Shown one piece after another: positions 18,397 to 27,228 of a stretch of DNA of 64,000 nt; positions within the stretch are counted from its first letter, which is position 1; each line of letters begins with the position of its first letter. Origin of the DNA: Acidimicrobiaceae bacterium (GTDB lineage Bacteria > Actinomycetota > Acidimicrobiia > Acidimicrobiales > UBA8190); contig PLXQ01000018.1 of the NCBI GenBank assembly GCA_003151475.1, positions 1 through 64,000 on the forward strand, given 5' to 3'. The translations under genes and the position numbers were made by a program. The notes beneath the pieces were generated by a model, which had not been told where the DNA came from, did no database searches, and saw nothing but the letters and a program-made list of their open reading frames with translations.

Positions 18397-18797
18397 CTGG
18401 CTCCTCCTCCACCTCAGGTGCAGCTTCATCGTACTCGGCACCGGCTCACAACGCGGTAGTTACGGACCTGTCACCCGAGAAATTTCCGGGCGCCCGGACA
18501 GCTCGGGGGGACACCCCTGGAGGACCCCGCTCCGCGACGCCGAACGGCCGAAATTCGCAGTGTGGCCGGGGAGAAATGCTCCAATGGCCGACGCCGCGGC
18601 GGACCGACAAACAGCTTCGTGACCGGCCCGTGAATCGGTGCCCAGCGCTGGCCCTGACGTGCACCCTGACCTGCGGATCGTCTCCGAGTCAGGGCGCCTT
18701 TCAGCTAGCGCACTCCACCAACTCTCACCCTGAAGTAGAGGGTCACTAGTCGGGGAAGGGGACCCGGGAGAGGAGCGAGAGTGCCAGGATCGACACC

Positions 18798-19445
18798 ATG
18801 AGCACCGAGAAGAGAAGTTCCGCCGCCAGCGACGCTCCCCGGGTCGCCCTGCACCGGCGGGTCATCGAGTTCGACGCCTATGACGAGGGGGACGCTGTGT
18901 CCATCACCGGTCGACTCCGTGACGAACGTCCGTGGGCGAGGGGGACAGACAAGGTCGAGCACGTCCACGACATGGATCTGTCGCTGACGATACGCAAGGA
19001 CGACCTGACCATCACCGAAGCCACCGCCACCATGACCCTTTTTCCGCACACCGAATGTCCAAGCATCACCGACGCCTTCGGCGACCTCGTCGGACTGAGT
19101 GTGAGTCGCGGGTACACGCGCGCCGTGCAGGACCGGTTCGGCGGCGTACGCGGATGCACGCATCTCGAGCAACTGGCGCGCACCGTGGGTCCCGTGGTGA
19201 TCCAGGCCGTCACCTCGGCCCGGGCCCGCGACCGCGACTGGCAGAACCTCGACGTGGCCCCGTCGGATCGCCCCACTCTCTTTCCGCGCAACACCTGTCA
19301 TATCTGGGCCGACGGAGGAGTAGCCGAACAGAAGCTCGAAGCGGGATGGCGACCCGGTGAGCGGTCCGGTTATCCGGCGCCGCCTGTTCAAGTATTTCTC
19401 CGCCGGTCGACGTCCGGCTCGGGCTCGTCAGTCGACGCGCCGTAA
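18798..19445 (+). CDS. DUF2889-like protein
   Basis: Size and the CTHLEQL motif region resemble the DUF2889 family; assignment is from memory of the family pattern only. Confidence 0.5.
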   Translation: MSTEKRSSAASDAPRVALHRRVIEFDAYDEGDAVSITGRLRDERPWARGTDKVEHVHDMDLSLTIRKDDLTITEATATMTLFPHTECPSITDAFGDLVGLSVSRGYTRAVQDRFGGVRGCTHLEQLARTVGPVVIQAVTSARARDRDWQNLDVAPSDRPTLFPRNTCHIWADGGVAEQKLEAGWRPGERSGYPAPPVQVFLRRSTSGSGSSVDAP

Positions 19446-19970
19446 CTCCGCCCGGTAGCGCCGGCCGTTCTTGATGTACTCGCCGGCCGCCAGGCGAATG
19501 CCGTGGACGTGGGAGCGATCGGGCTTAATGACGACCGGGACACCGACAGCGAGCGCTCCGGGCGGGACCTGCACGCGATTGGGGACGACTCCCCCGGCCC
19601 CCACCGTGGCGCCGGTACCGACAACGGCGTGATGGAGGACGACCGAACCCGACCCCACCAAGCATCCGTCCTCCAAAATGCATCCCTCGAGATGGACCAG
19701 ATGACCCACCACGCATCCGTCGCCGATGACGGTGGGGAAGCCGGGGCCGGCATGGATGACGGTGCCGTCCTGAATGGAGGTGCGCGCCCCCACCGTGATG
19801 CGGCCGTAGTCACCGCGCAGCACCGCCCCGGGCCACACGGTGGCATCGGGTCCGAGGGTGACGTCGCCGATGATCACGGCGTCGGGGTGCACGAAGGCCT
19901 CGGGGTCGATGCTCGGGACCTGGTCACCGAGTGTGTAGATGGGCACGACCGATGACGCTACCGCCATCAC
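19428..19970 (-). CDS. Gamma-carbonic anhydrase family protein (left-handed beta-helix hexapeptide repeat; PaaY/YrdA-like)
   Basis: VHPDAVIIGDVTLGPDATVWPGAVLRGDYGRITVGARTSIQDGTVIH hexapeptide repeats. Convergent with the previous gene, overlapping by 18 nt. Confidence 0.85.
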   Translation of the reverse strand: MMAVASSVVPIYTLGDQVPSIDPEAFVHPDAVIIGDVTLGPDATVWPGAVLRGDYGRITVGARTSIQDGTVIHAGPGFPTVIGDGCVVGHLVHLEGCILEDGCLVGSGSVVLHHAVVGTGATVGAGGVVPNRVQVPPGALAVGVPVVIKPDRSHVHGIRLAAGEYIKNGRRYRAELRRVD

Positions 19971-20079
19971 CGATCACCTCCACCACGGCCGAGGGGTCGG
20001 GATCCGGGCCCGGGGCCACGGCTGCGCAGTGTGGACGGTGGATGTGGCACCGTGGCGGGCGGTAAGCGATACTCCGTCG

Positions 20080-20304
20080 ATGGACCTCGTAGTGGCCGTG
20101 ACCGTCGCGCAGAAGCGCCATATGCAGGAGATCGGGCTCGCCATCGCCGCCGTCGGTGGACTGGCCGTCGTTCTGTCTGGCGTATTCGGACTGCGATCGA
20201 TGAGCCGGGTAGCCGAGCGATCGACGATGGTCGTCGCCGGCGTCCTCATCGCCGCCGGATTCGTCGTCCAACTGTTGGCGTTGCACAGCGGCGGTAAGTA
20301 CTGA
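20080..20304 (+). CDS. Hypothetical small membrane protein (74 aa, two predicted TM helices)
   Basis: Internal Met of ORF 19939..20304 (MDLVVAVTVAQKRHMQEIGLAIAAVGGLAVVLSG...VVAGVLIAAGFVVQLLAL). No homology evidence. Confidence 0.3.
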   Translation: MDLVVAVTVAQKRHMQEIGLAIAAVGGLAVVLSGVFGLRSMSRVAERSTMVVAGVLIAAGFVVQLLALHSGGKY

Positions 20305-20644
20305 CTGGCGCCTAGGTCCCCCGAGAGACCACGTGATCGCCATGGCGGACCGATCGATGGGGGCGGTCGTCGATACCTGAACGCCTGAGACGCAGAACGT
20401 GGCCCATTATCTTCTCCGTGGGCTCCTTGTGCCTGAGCAACTCGCACTTCTTTGGCTTGGGCCGCCCCGGGGAGCGGCCGACAGTCCCGGTCGCGGCGGT
20501 GCCAGCACCTACGCGCAAGGGTCCATCGAAGAAGAAGAGCCGCAAGGGGGCGCGTACCAAGCAGAATGGCCGCCGCCGCTGAGGCCCGTCCGCTGATTTC
20601 TGTAGGTTGTCCGGATATTTGATGCAGGATCGAGGGGAAGCGCC

Positions 20645-21439
20645 ATGGCTCGCGTACTGATCACAGGGTGTTCGAGCGGCTTCGGCCGGGCGAGCGCCAC
20701 GGAGTTGAAGAAGAGGGGGTTCGAGGTGGTGGCCACGGCGCGCCGGCCGGAGACGCTCGAGAATCTCGATGTCAACGCCCGCCTCGCCCTTGACGTGACC
20801 GACGACGCCTCGGTGGCGGCCGCCGTGGCCGCAGCCGGCACCATCGACGTTCTCGTGAACAACGCCGGTGTGGGCGTGAACGGACCGGTGGAGCTCGTCC
20901 CCATGGCCGAGGTGCGCCGGCTGTTCGAGACCAACTTCTTCGGAGCGCTGCGGATGATGCAGGCCGTGCTACCCCAGATGCGCGCTCGCGGGGCCGGGAC
21001 GATCGTGAACGTCTCGTCGGTGTCGGGCAAGGTGGCCGCCCCGCTGTCCGGGTTCTACGCCGGGTCGAAATTCGCCCTGGAGGCCGTCTCCGAAGCCATG
21101 TATTACGAGATGGGCCATTTCGGCATTCGCACGGTGATCATCGAGCCGGGTTACTTCCAGACCAACATCTCAGAGTCGGGAGTTGGCTATGGCGTCGAGG
21201 GTCCTCCCTACGACGAGCTGTCGGAGGCCACGACACAGATGATGGCCAGTCTGGGGCGAGGGGCGGCTCCGGGACCGGAGGTGGTGGCCCTGGCCATCGC
21301 CGATGCCATCGAGTCCCCCGATGCCCCCTTGCGCATCCCGGTGGGGACCGACGCCGAGATGGTCCTCGGGGCGCGGGCGTCGATGGACGACGCCACCTTC
21401 GAGGCGACGATGCGTCAGGTGCTCAATCTGGACTGGTGA
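20645..21439 (+). CDS. SDR-family NAD(P)-dependent oxidoreductase
   Basis: TGCSSGFGRA (TGxxxGxG) cofactor motif and YAGSKFA (YxxxK) catalytic motif. Confidence 0.9.
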   Translation: MARVLITGCSSGFGRASATELKKRGFEVVATARRPETLENLDVNARLALDVTDDASVAAAVAAAGTIDVLVNNAGVGVNGPVELVPMAEVRRLFETNFFGALRMMQAVLPQMRARGAGTIVNVSSVSGKVAAPLSGFYAGSKFALEAVSEAMYYEMGHFGIRTVIIEPGYFQTNISESGVGYGVEGPPYDELSEATTQMMASLGRGAAPGPEVVALAIADAIESPDAPLRIPVGTDAEMVLGARASMDDATFEATMRQVLNLDW

Positions 21440-21493
21440 TCCCCGGCGCAGTCCCGTCATGGCGAACGGGCTCTGCAGGTCCAGAGGGTCGTC

Positions 21494-22387
21494 TCAGTGA
21501 CGAGGGTGCGAGGTGGACCGGTCGGCGGTGATGGTGCGCCTCCGGCGCGAGGTGACTGTGGCCAACGACCCCAGTACGAGCGCCAGGATCCCGATCAGCA
21601 CCAGAGGGCCGACGTTGAGGCCGGTGAAGGCGAGCTTAGGACTGCTCACCTTGACCACGGCGGGCGTGCTCTTGTGCGGTGCAGTCGAGGTCCCCGGCCC
21701 GGATGTCCCAGGACTGGTGGGCGACCCGCTCCCCGACCCGAGTCCTCCCGGAGGGCCCGATCCCCCGCTCAATGAACCGGCGGGGGCCTGGGCCACGACA
21801 TAAAAGGCGCCGACACCGGCCCCGCCGGCGGGGACGGTGACCGGCTCTGACGCGGTATTGCCACTCGTTTCCACGGTGGCTGCCCCGCCGCAAGCCACCA
21901 GCTCGAAGCCAGAGGGAGGCGTGGCCGTCGTGGTGTAGCTACCGGACGGCACCTGTGTCGGAGCCAGAGGGTTGGCTTGGGACGCGACGGTTTGCGGTCC
22001 GGTGGCTGCCAGGGTTCCGCCCGTTTGCTCGGTCGTCGTCTGGGCCCCCGCCGCACTGCACAAGAAGATGTCACCGGCGATGCTCTGGTGGACGGGGCCA
22101 CAACCGGGGACGGTGGCGCGTGCGCCGGAATAGTAGAAGCGCACTCCTCCCACGGGTAAGACAGAGACATCGGCCTGGAAGGCACAGTCAGAGGTAGCAG
22201 GCACGGCCACGGTCAGCATCCCCGAGGTGGCATTGGCCGAGCCCTCGAGCGTTCCGTGGGACCAGAGCCGGAGCGTCCAGGTGGACGTGCTCGGCGAGGG
22301 GATGGTGAAGGTGGTCTGGGTGGCGTTGATGGTCGGGGGCTTCGGAAGCGAGGCGAACGCCGGTGCGGAGAGCGCCAGCACGGCCAC
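21494..22387 (-). CDS. Cell-wall-anchored surface protein with C-terminal LAxTG sorting signal (class E sortase type)
   Basis: C-terminus KLAFTGLNVGPLVLIGILALVLGSLATVTSRRRR is motif-LAFTG plus hydrophobic span plus basic tail. Thr/Gly/Ser-rich stalk. GTG start leaves only a short signal (VAVLALSAPAFA); the upstream in-frame sequence HRNGRAALRLAGCASAA looks like a signal n-region but lacks a canonical start, so the true start is uncertain. Confidence 0.65.
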   Translation of the reverse strand: MAVLALSAPAFASLPKPPTINATQTTFTIPSPSTSTWTLRLWSHGTLEGSANATSGMLTVAVPATSDCAFQADVSVLPVGGVRFYYSGARATVPGCGPVHQSIAGDIFLCSAAGAQTTTEQTGGTLAATGPQTVASQANPLAPTQVPSGSYTTTATPPSGFELVACGGAATVETSGNTASEPVTVPAGGAGVGAFYVVAQAPAGSLSGGSGPPGGLGSGSGSPTSPGTSGPGTSTAPHKSTPAVVKVSSPKLAFTGLNVGPLVLIGILALVLGSLATVTSRRRRTITADRSTSHPRH

Positions 22388-22572
22388 AGCCGCGCTTGCG
22401 CATCCAGCCAGCCTCAGCGCCGCGCGCCCGTTCCTGTGTTGTCCGGTTGTTGTCGTAATACGACCGACGGTAGCGAGAATTGCCCTCCAAGTGGGGGATA
22501 TCTCTCTCGCCCCCTAGGCACGCGGGGCCCCGGATCGCCCCCGGGAGGGCCCGGCCCGAGGGGCGGTTCTCC

Positions 22573-23970
22573 CTATCCGAGCTCCTTCGGTTCGCTCGGC
22601 TTGGGGTCCTTCTGGCCGTTGCTCGTGACCTGTGCCGTGGCCTCGACGGCCGGCAGCTTGGCGGCGTCGATGGACTTCCGCAGGGCCTCGTAGATGGACA
22701 GACCTTGGCTGACCACGCCCGCCGCCACCTGGTTCACCCCTTCGGTGCCGTTCAGGATGGTGAGGTTCGATCCGGCGATCCCCTTGGCCGCCTCCGCCAC
22801 CAGGGTGGGCAGGGCGTCGATGAGCTTGTTGGCGGCGATCAAGGCCTGGTTGCCGTCGGCCAGTGAAGCGGCCCGGACGTTGATGGCCTCGGCTTCGGCC
22901 GCCGCCACCGTGCGCTGGGCGTAGGCGTCACCGTCGGCTTCGTGCTTCTTGGCCGTGGCGTCGGCGGCGGCCCGGGTCTTTTCGGCGTCGGCCGAGGCCT
23001 CGGCGATCATGCGCTGGCGGTTGGCTTCGGCCTCGGTGTTGAACTTGACCGTGTCGCGGTTGGCTTCGGCCAGGGTCCGCAGGCGGAAAGCTTCGGCTTC
23101 TGTCTCGGCCTTCACCTTGTCCCTGTTTCCGTCGGCCAGGGTCCGCGTCTTGTAGGCCTCGGCGTCCGCTGGGCGGCGGACGTCTGACTCGAGGCGTTTG
23201 TCGGTGAGCTGGGCGGCGCGCTCGGCGAGATGGGTCTGCTGCTCGATGACCTGCTGGGAGGCCTCGGCTTCGGCCAGGGGACCGGCCTGAGCCGCCTTGG
23301 CCTTGGCCTGCTCGGTTTCGGCCGTGAAGCCGGACTGCTTGATGGCGGTGTCGCGGACGTACTCGGCCTTGAGCGCGGCGGCCTCCTGCTCGCGCTGGGT
23401 GGCCTCCTGGTCCGCCTTGGCGGCGGCGATACGGGCCTGGCTGGCCACGGCGGCGGCGTGGGGGGCGGCGATGTTGTTGATGTAGCCGGTGGAGTCCTCG
23501 ATCTCTTGGATCTGGAGAGAGTCGACCACGATGCCCAGCTTCTCCATCTCGCCGTGGCTGCCGTCTTTCACCTCCGAGGCCAGACGGTCTCGCTCGCGGA
23601 TGATCTCCTCGACGGTGAGGCTGCCGATGATGGAGCGGAGGTGGCCGGCGAAGATGCGGCCCACCAACTCCTCCATCTGATCTTGCTCGGCCAGGAAGCG
23701 ACGCGCCGCGTTGGCGATGGAGACGGTGTCGTCACCGACCTTGAAGGCAGCGATGGCGCGGATGTGGAGGCGGATGCCCTGGGTCGTGATGCAGTCCTCG
23801 GCGATCTCGGACTCCTGGAGTGAGAGCGAGAGGAAGCGCGCCTTCTGCTTGATGGGAAGCACGAAACAGCCGTGACCGGTGACGATCCGGAATTGGGTGT
23901 CCTCAGCCTTGCGTCTCGATCCGGAGATGAGAAGTGCCTCGTTCGGTGCCGGAACATGCCAGAAGAACAT
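22573..23970 (-). CDS. Flotillin-family SPFH/band-7 domain protein (YqiK/FloA-like)
   Basis: N-terminal membrane hairpin, SPFH domain, then a long Ala/Glu-rich coiled coil (EAEAFRLRTLAEANRD... repeats), typical of bacterial flotillins. Confidence 0.9.
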   Translation of the reverse strand: MFFWHVPAPNEALLISGSRRKAEDTQFRIVTGHGCFVLPIKQKARFLSLSLQESEIAEDCITTQGIRLHIRAIAAFKVGDDTVSIANAARRFLAEQDQMEELVGRIFAGHLRSIIGSLTVEEIIRERDRLASEVKDGSHGEMEKLGIVVDSLQIQEIEDSTGYINNIAAPHAAAVASQARIAAAKADQEATQREQEAAALKAEYVRDTAIKQSGFTAETEQAKAKAAQAGPLAEAEASQQVIEQQTHLAERAAQLTDKRLESDVRRPADAEAYKTRTLADGNRDKVKAETEAEAFRLRTLAEANRDTVKFNTEAEANRQRMIAEASADAEKTRAAADATAKKHEADGDAYAQRTVAAAEAEAINVRAASLADGNQALIAANKLIDALPTLVAEAAKGIAGSNLTILNGTEGVNQVAAGVVSQGLSIYEALRKSIDAAKLPAVEATAQVTSNGQKDPKPSEPKELG

Positions 23971-24001
23971 CGAGGAATCCCCTCTTAGAGCCGTGGACCG
24001 G

Positions 24002-24247
24002 TCATGCCAGCGCCGTGACGGACACGGTCCGCCCGGTTAGGCACTCGACGACCACGACACGCGCATACTTGGCGATGGTTTCGTCCGAAAAGGCCGTATA
24101 GGCCTCGGTGCCGCCCCGGACAGGAAGGACGACCTCACCGGGACGGGTGGGGGCGATGGGAACGGTGACCTGGCCGACCGTGCCGATCAGGTCCTGGTTC
24201 AGTTCTTCCGCCACGCTCGTCCCTTCCGAATCCCTCGCTGCTTCCAA
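24002..24247 (-). CDS. NfeD-like C-terminal OB-fold domain protein (flotillin partner)
   Basis: 81-aa ORF immediately upstream of, and co-oriented with, the flotillin gene. GTVGQVTVPIAPTRPGEVVLPVRGGTEAYTAFSDETIAKYARVVVVE matches the NfeD/DUF107 beta-barrel pattern; the NfeD-flotillin operon pairing is well established. Confidence 0.6.
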   Translation of the reverse strand: MEAARDSEGTSVAEELNQDLIGTVGQVTVPIAPTRPGEVVLPVRGGTEAYTAFSDETIAKYARVVVVECLTGRTVSVTALA

Positions 24248-24380
24248 ATGTACTGCGGTCCGGAGAATTAATGTCCCGAGCAGGGAAATGTCGGCCGTGA
24301 TGTACCGAATCCTGCGCCGTGGGCGTCCCCCCGCCGGGGCGAGCTGACGGGCGCCGATCGAGTTGTCGACGCTCGAGGGG

Positions 24381-27158
24381 TCAGGCAGGATCGACGGTCA
24401 GGGTGAAGGCCTGGGTCACGATCTTCTTGGTGGTGCCCTTTGCGAATCTGGCCTCGATGGTGAGGGGGTAGGTACCGGCCTTCCTGGGCACGCCCGACAG
24501 GGTGGCCGTGCCGTCGCCGTTGTCCACGAAGCGGTGGTGCCGCGGCAGATCGCCCTTCTTGGTGATGGACAGGGCTCCGGTGGTCGTGATTGTGAAGGAG
24601 AAGCGTGTTCCAACGACGGCGGTGGCACCGTCAGCGCTCGTGATGGAGTCAGGAGCGGGTCCGACGGTAAAGCTCTGCCCGACCTGTGAAGCGGGGTCAT
24701 AGATCCCGCCGCCGGCCTGGTTGGCATTGATGACACAGGTCCCGGCGCCGATGAAGGTCACCGTCGACCCGGCCAGCGAACAGATCGAGACAGCCGAAGC
24801 ATCGATGCTCAGGCTGACGGGCAGACCCGATGAGGCGACGGCCGACGCCACGTACGGGGGCCCACCGACCGTGGCCGAGCTGGGAGCCGTCGAGCTGAAG
24901 GTGATGGTCTGCGCCGTGAGCACGGCGTCGACGGCACCGATATCGCACGGAGTGGGCCGGGCCACACCCCGTTGATCGGGGTTGGCACAGACCTCGGCGC
25001 TGGGGACAGAACCGATGGCCGGGCTTCCGGGCTCGAGAGCGATGGTCTCGGTGGGGCCGCCGTTGTTCTCGAGCCCTCTCGGGTCGAGACCGGCGGGAGA
25101 GTCGGGGAAATCGAGCAGGGCTTGGAGCTCGCAGGAGCCGTCGTCGACCAGATTCTCGCCGTGGTCGGAAATCGTCCCCGAGCAGTCTGTGCCGGAGACG
25201 GCGTTGGCCACGATGGTGGCCTGGAGGTTCAGCGTCCCGGCGATGTTCGTGATGTCCCCCCCGGTATTGCCGGACAGAGTGCTCGTGACCACCGTTGTGG
25301 TCGAGGAGCCGTCGTTCTCGAAACCCCCGCCGGCCGAGGCGGCGTTGCCGGCCAAAGTGCTCCCGCCGATGAGCATGGCGCCGCCGAAGGACTCGATCCC
25401 TCCGCCCCGGTTGGCGGCGCTGTTTCCCGACAGTGTGCTGCGGATCACCCAGAGGGTTCCGCCGCTAGCAATAGCGCCGCCATAGACGGTGGCGGTGTTG
25501 TCGGACAGGGTGCTGTTCTCGATCACCACGGTGCCCGGACTGGAGCCGTTCACGGCGCCGACGCTGAAGAGGGCGCCGCCCTGGTCGACGGCACTGTTGT
25601 CGGCGAGCACGCTGTCGGTCACCGTGGTGGTGGCGCCTGTCAGTGTGGCGATGGCGCCTCCCCCACCGTCGTTGGCCGCATTGTCCGTCATCGTGGTGTC
25701 GGTGACCGTCAAAGTGCCGGCGTTGGCGACTGCGCCTCCCGACGTCGTCGCCGTATTGCCCGACAGGGCGCTGGTGGTGATGGTGAGCGTGCCGTTGTTG
25801 AGCACGCCTCCGCCTTCATCGGCACTGCCATCCTCGATGGTGAGCCCCGATATCGAAGAGGTGACCCCCGATGCCACTACGAAGTCCTCGACGGCACCGC
25901 CACCGCTCACGGCCATGGCATCGGCTCCCGGACCGTCGATGGTCACGTTGGCAGTGATGTCGATGGGACTGAGCAGAGCGATCGTCGTACAGGGCGGGTC
26001 GAGAGCGAAGGCGATACCAACGGTGGAGACAGCGTTCGCCACCGCCTGGCGAAGCGAACCCGACCCGGAGTCGTTGCAGTTCGTCACCGTTTTCGTGGCC
26101 GTCTGGTACGCGCCGATGTCACAAGGAAGCGGGCGCTGGACGCCACGCTGGTCGGACGAGGAGCAGAGTTGCGGACTGTTGTCCGCCCCGATGGCCGCAC
26201 TTCCGGGTTCCAAGGCGATGGTCTGGGTCGGTCCTCCGTTGTTCTGGAGGCCGGACGGGTCGAGTCCGGAGGACGTGTGGGAGAGGTCGGTGTTGCTCGA
26301 AAAGGAGCACGTTCCGTCATCGTCAAGATTGTCGCCGTGGCTGGTGACACCCCCGGCACAGTCATGGCCCGTGGAGCTTTGAGCCATGACGGTACCGAAG
26401 AGGATGACATTGGCCGGCGAACTGTCGTTGTAGATGCCCCCCCCACTGCCGGTGCTGCTAGGTCCGCTGGCGACGTTTCCGGAGAAAGTGCTGTCGACGA
26501 CGCTCATGAAACCCGTACCGCCGTTGTAGATGCCGCCACCGAAGTCGGCGCTGTTGCCGGCGAAGGTGCTGGTGTCGATGGCCAGCTTTCCGTTGTTCGT
26601 GATTCCGGCGCCGGCACCGAGGGAGCTGTTGTTCGACAGATTGCTGTCGAACACACTTGTGGTGGCACCGTTCACTATGGCCCCGGAATTGTTGGTGGAA
26701 AGGGTACTGGCCGTGATCGTAAGGGTGCCGCTGTTGACAATGGCAGCGGCGTTATTGGCGTCTTCGATGGTGAGACCCGAGATGCCGACGGTGTCTCCGG
26801 TACCGATCTGAAAAATACCGGTGGCGTTGTGACCGCTCACCGCCAGGACGTTCGCACCCGGCCCCGTGATGGTGAGGTCGGTGGCAATAGTGATAGGTCC
26901 ACTCGTCAGCGTGATGGTCGAGCAGGACAGCGAAGAGTCAAAGGCAATGATGAAGCCGGACTCAGCACTGGCCACCGCGGCGCGGAGCGACCCGGAACCG
27001 GAATCCGCGCAGCTGGTGACTATCTCCGTTCCCGCCGCCGATACGGGCGCGGGGAGAGCGACAACGGAGAGGGCGGTGAAGGTGAGGATGCAAGCGGCGG
27101 CGGGGAACCGAAGCCACGACCTTGGATTGCGCTTCCGGACGTCGGCGCAAGTGCTCAT
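24381..27158 (-). CDS. Large secreted protein with two tandem CSLREA/parallel beta-helix/choice-of-anchor-Q modules, a Big-like domain and a C-terminal He_PIG-like domain
   Basis: Start trimmed to MSTCADVRKRNPRSWLRF..ALPAPVSA (signal peptide). Each module opens CADSGSGSLRAAVASA / CNDSGSGSLRQAVANA (CSLREA-type), runs through beta-helix GGGI/NN repeats and ends LQNNGGPTQTIALEPGSAAIGA...DQRGVQRPLPCDIGAYQ / LENNGGPTETIALEPGSPAIGS...DQRGVARPTPCDIGAVD (CoA-Q signature). The C-terminal FSFTITTTGALSI...DNGDGTATLSG..AGTYPLTIEA...QAFTLTV parallels the C-terminus of the Kelch protein at 8781..11219. Confidence 0.8.
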   Translation of the reverse strand: MSTCADVRKRNPRSWLRFPAAACILTFTALSVVALPAPVSAAGTEIVTSCADSGSGSLRAAVASAESGFIIAFDSSLSCSTITLTSGPITIATDLTITGPGANVLAVSGHNATGIFQIGTGDTVGISGLTIEDANNAAAIVNSGTLTITASTLSTNNSGAIVNGATTSVFDSNLSNNSSLGAGAGITNNGKLAIDTSTFAGNSADFGGGIYNGGTGFMSVVDSTFSGNVASGPSSTGSGGGIYNDSSPANVILFGTVMAQSSTGHDCAGGVTSHGDNLDDDGTCSFSSNTDLSHTSSGLDPSGLQNNGGPTQTIALEPGSAAIGADNSPQLCSSSDQRGVQRPLPCDIGAYQTATKTVTNCNDSGSGSLRQAVANAVSTVGIAFALDPPCTTIALLSPIDITANVTIDGPGADAMAVSGGGAVEDFVVASGVTSSISGLTIEDGSADEGGGVLNNGTLTITTSALSGNTATTSGGAVANAGTLTVTDTTMTDNAANDGGGGAIATLTGATTTVTDSVLADNSAVDQGGALFSVGAVNGSSPGTVVIENSTLSDNTATVYGGAIASGGTLWVIRSTLSGNSAANRGGGIESFGGAMLIGGSTLAGNAASAGGGFENDGSSTTTVVTSTLSGNTGGDITNIAGTLNLQATIVANAVSGTDCSGTISDHGENLVDDGSCELQALLDFPDSPAGLDPRGLENNGGPTETIALEPGSPAIGSVPSAEVCANPDQRGVARPTPCDIGAVDAVLTAQTITFSSTAPSSATVGGPPYVASAVASSGLPVSLSIDASAVSICSLAGSTVTFIGAGTCVINANQAGGGIYDPASQVGQSFTVGPAPDSITSADGATAVVGTRFSFTITTTGALSITKKGDLPRHHRFVDNGDGTATLSGVPRKAGTYPLTIEARFAKGTTKKIVTQAFTLTVDPA

Positions 27159-27228
27159 GGCCGTCCCCCCGGAATTCAGCAGTTTTCTCAATGGTAAGGG
27201 TTCACGGTGTTCCAGGACATCGTCGTAA

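Noticed and set aside
18442-18797. Possible glycine riboswitch upstream of the MerR-gcv gene string
   Set aside because: Neither strand shows the paired GGAGAG...ACCGAAGG...CTCAGGCAAAAGGAC aptamer signature on manual inspection. Left as an open check for Infernal.
24972-27197. 741-aa plus-strand ORF antisense to the beta-helix protein gene
   Set aside because: Low-complexity Gly/Arg/Asp product; the opposite strand encodes a protein with a signal peptide and repeated family signatures.
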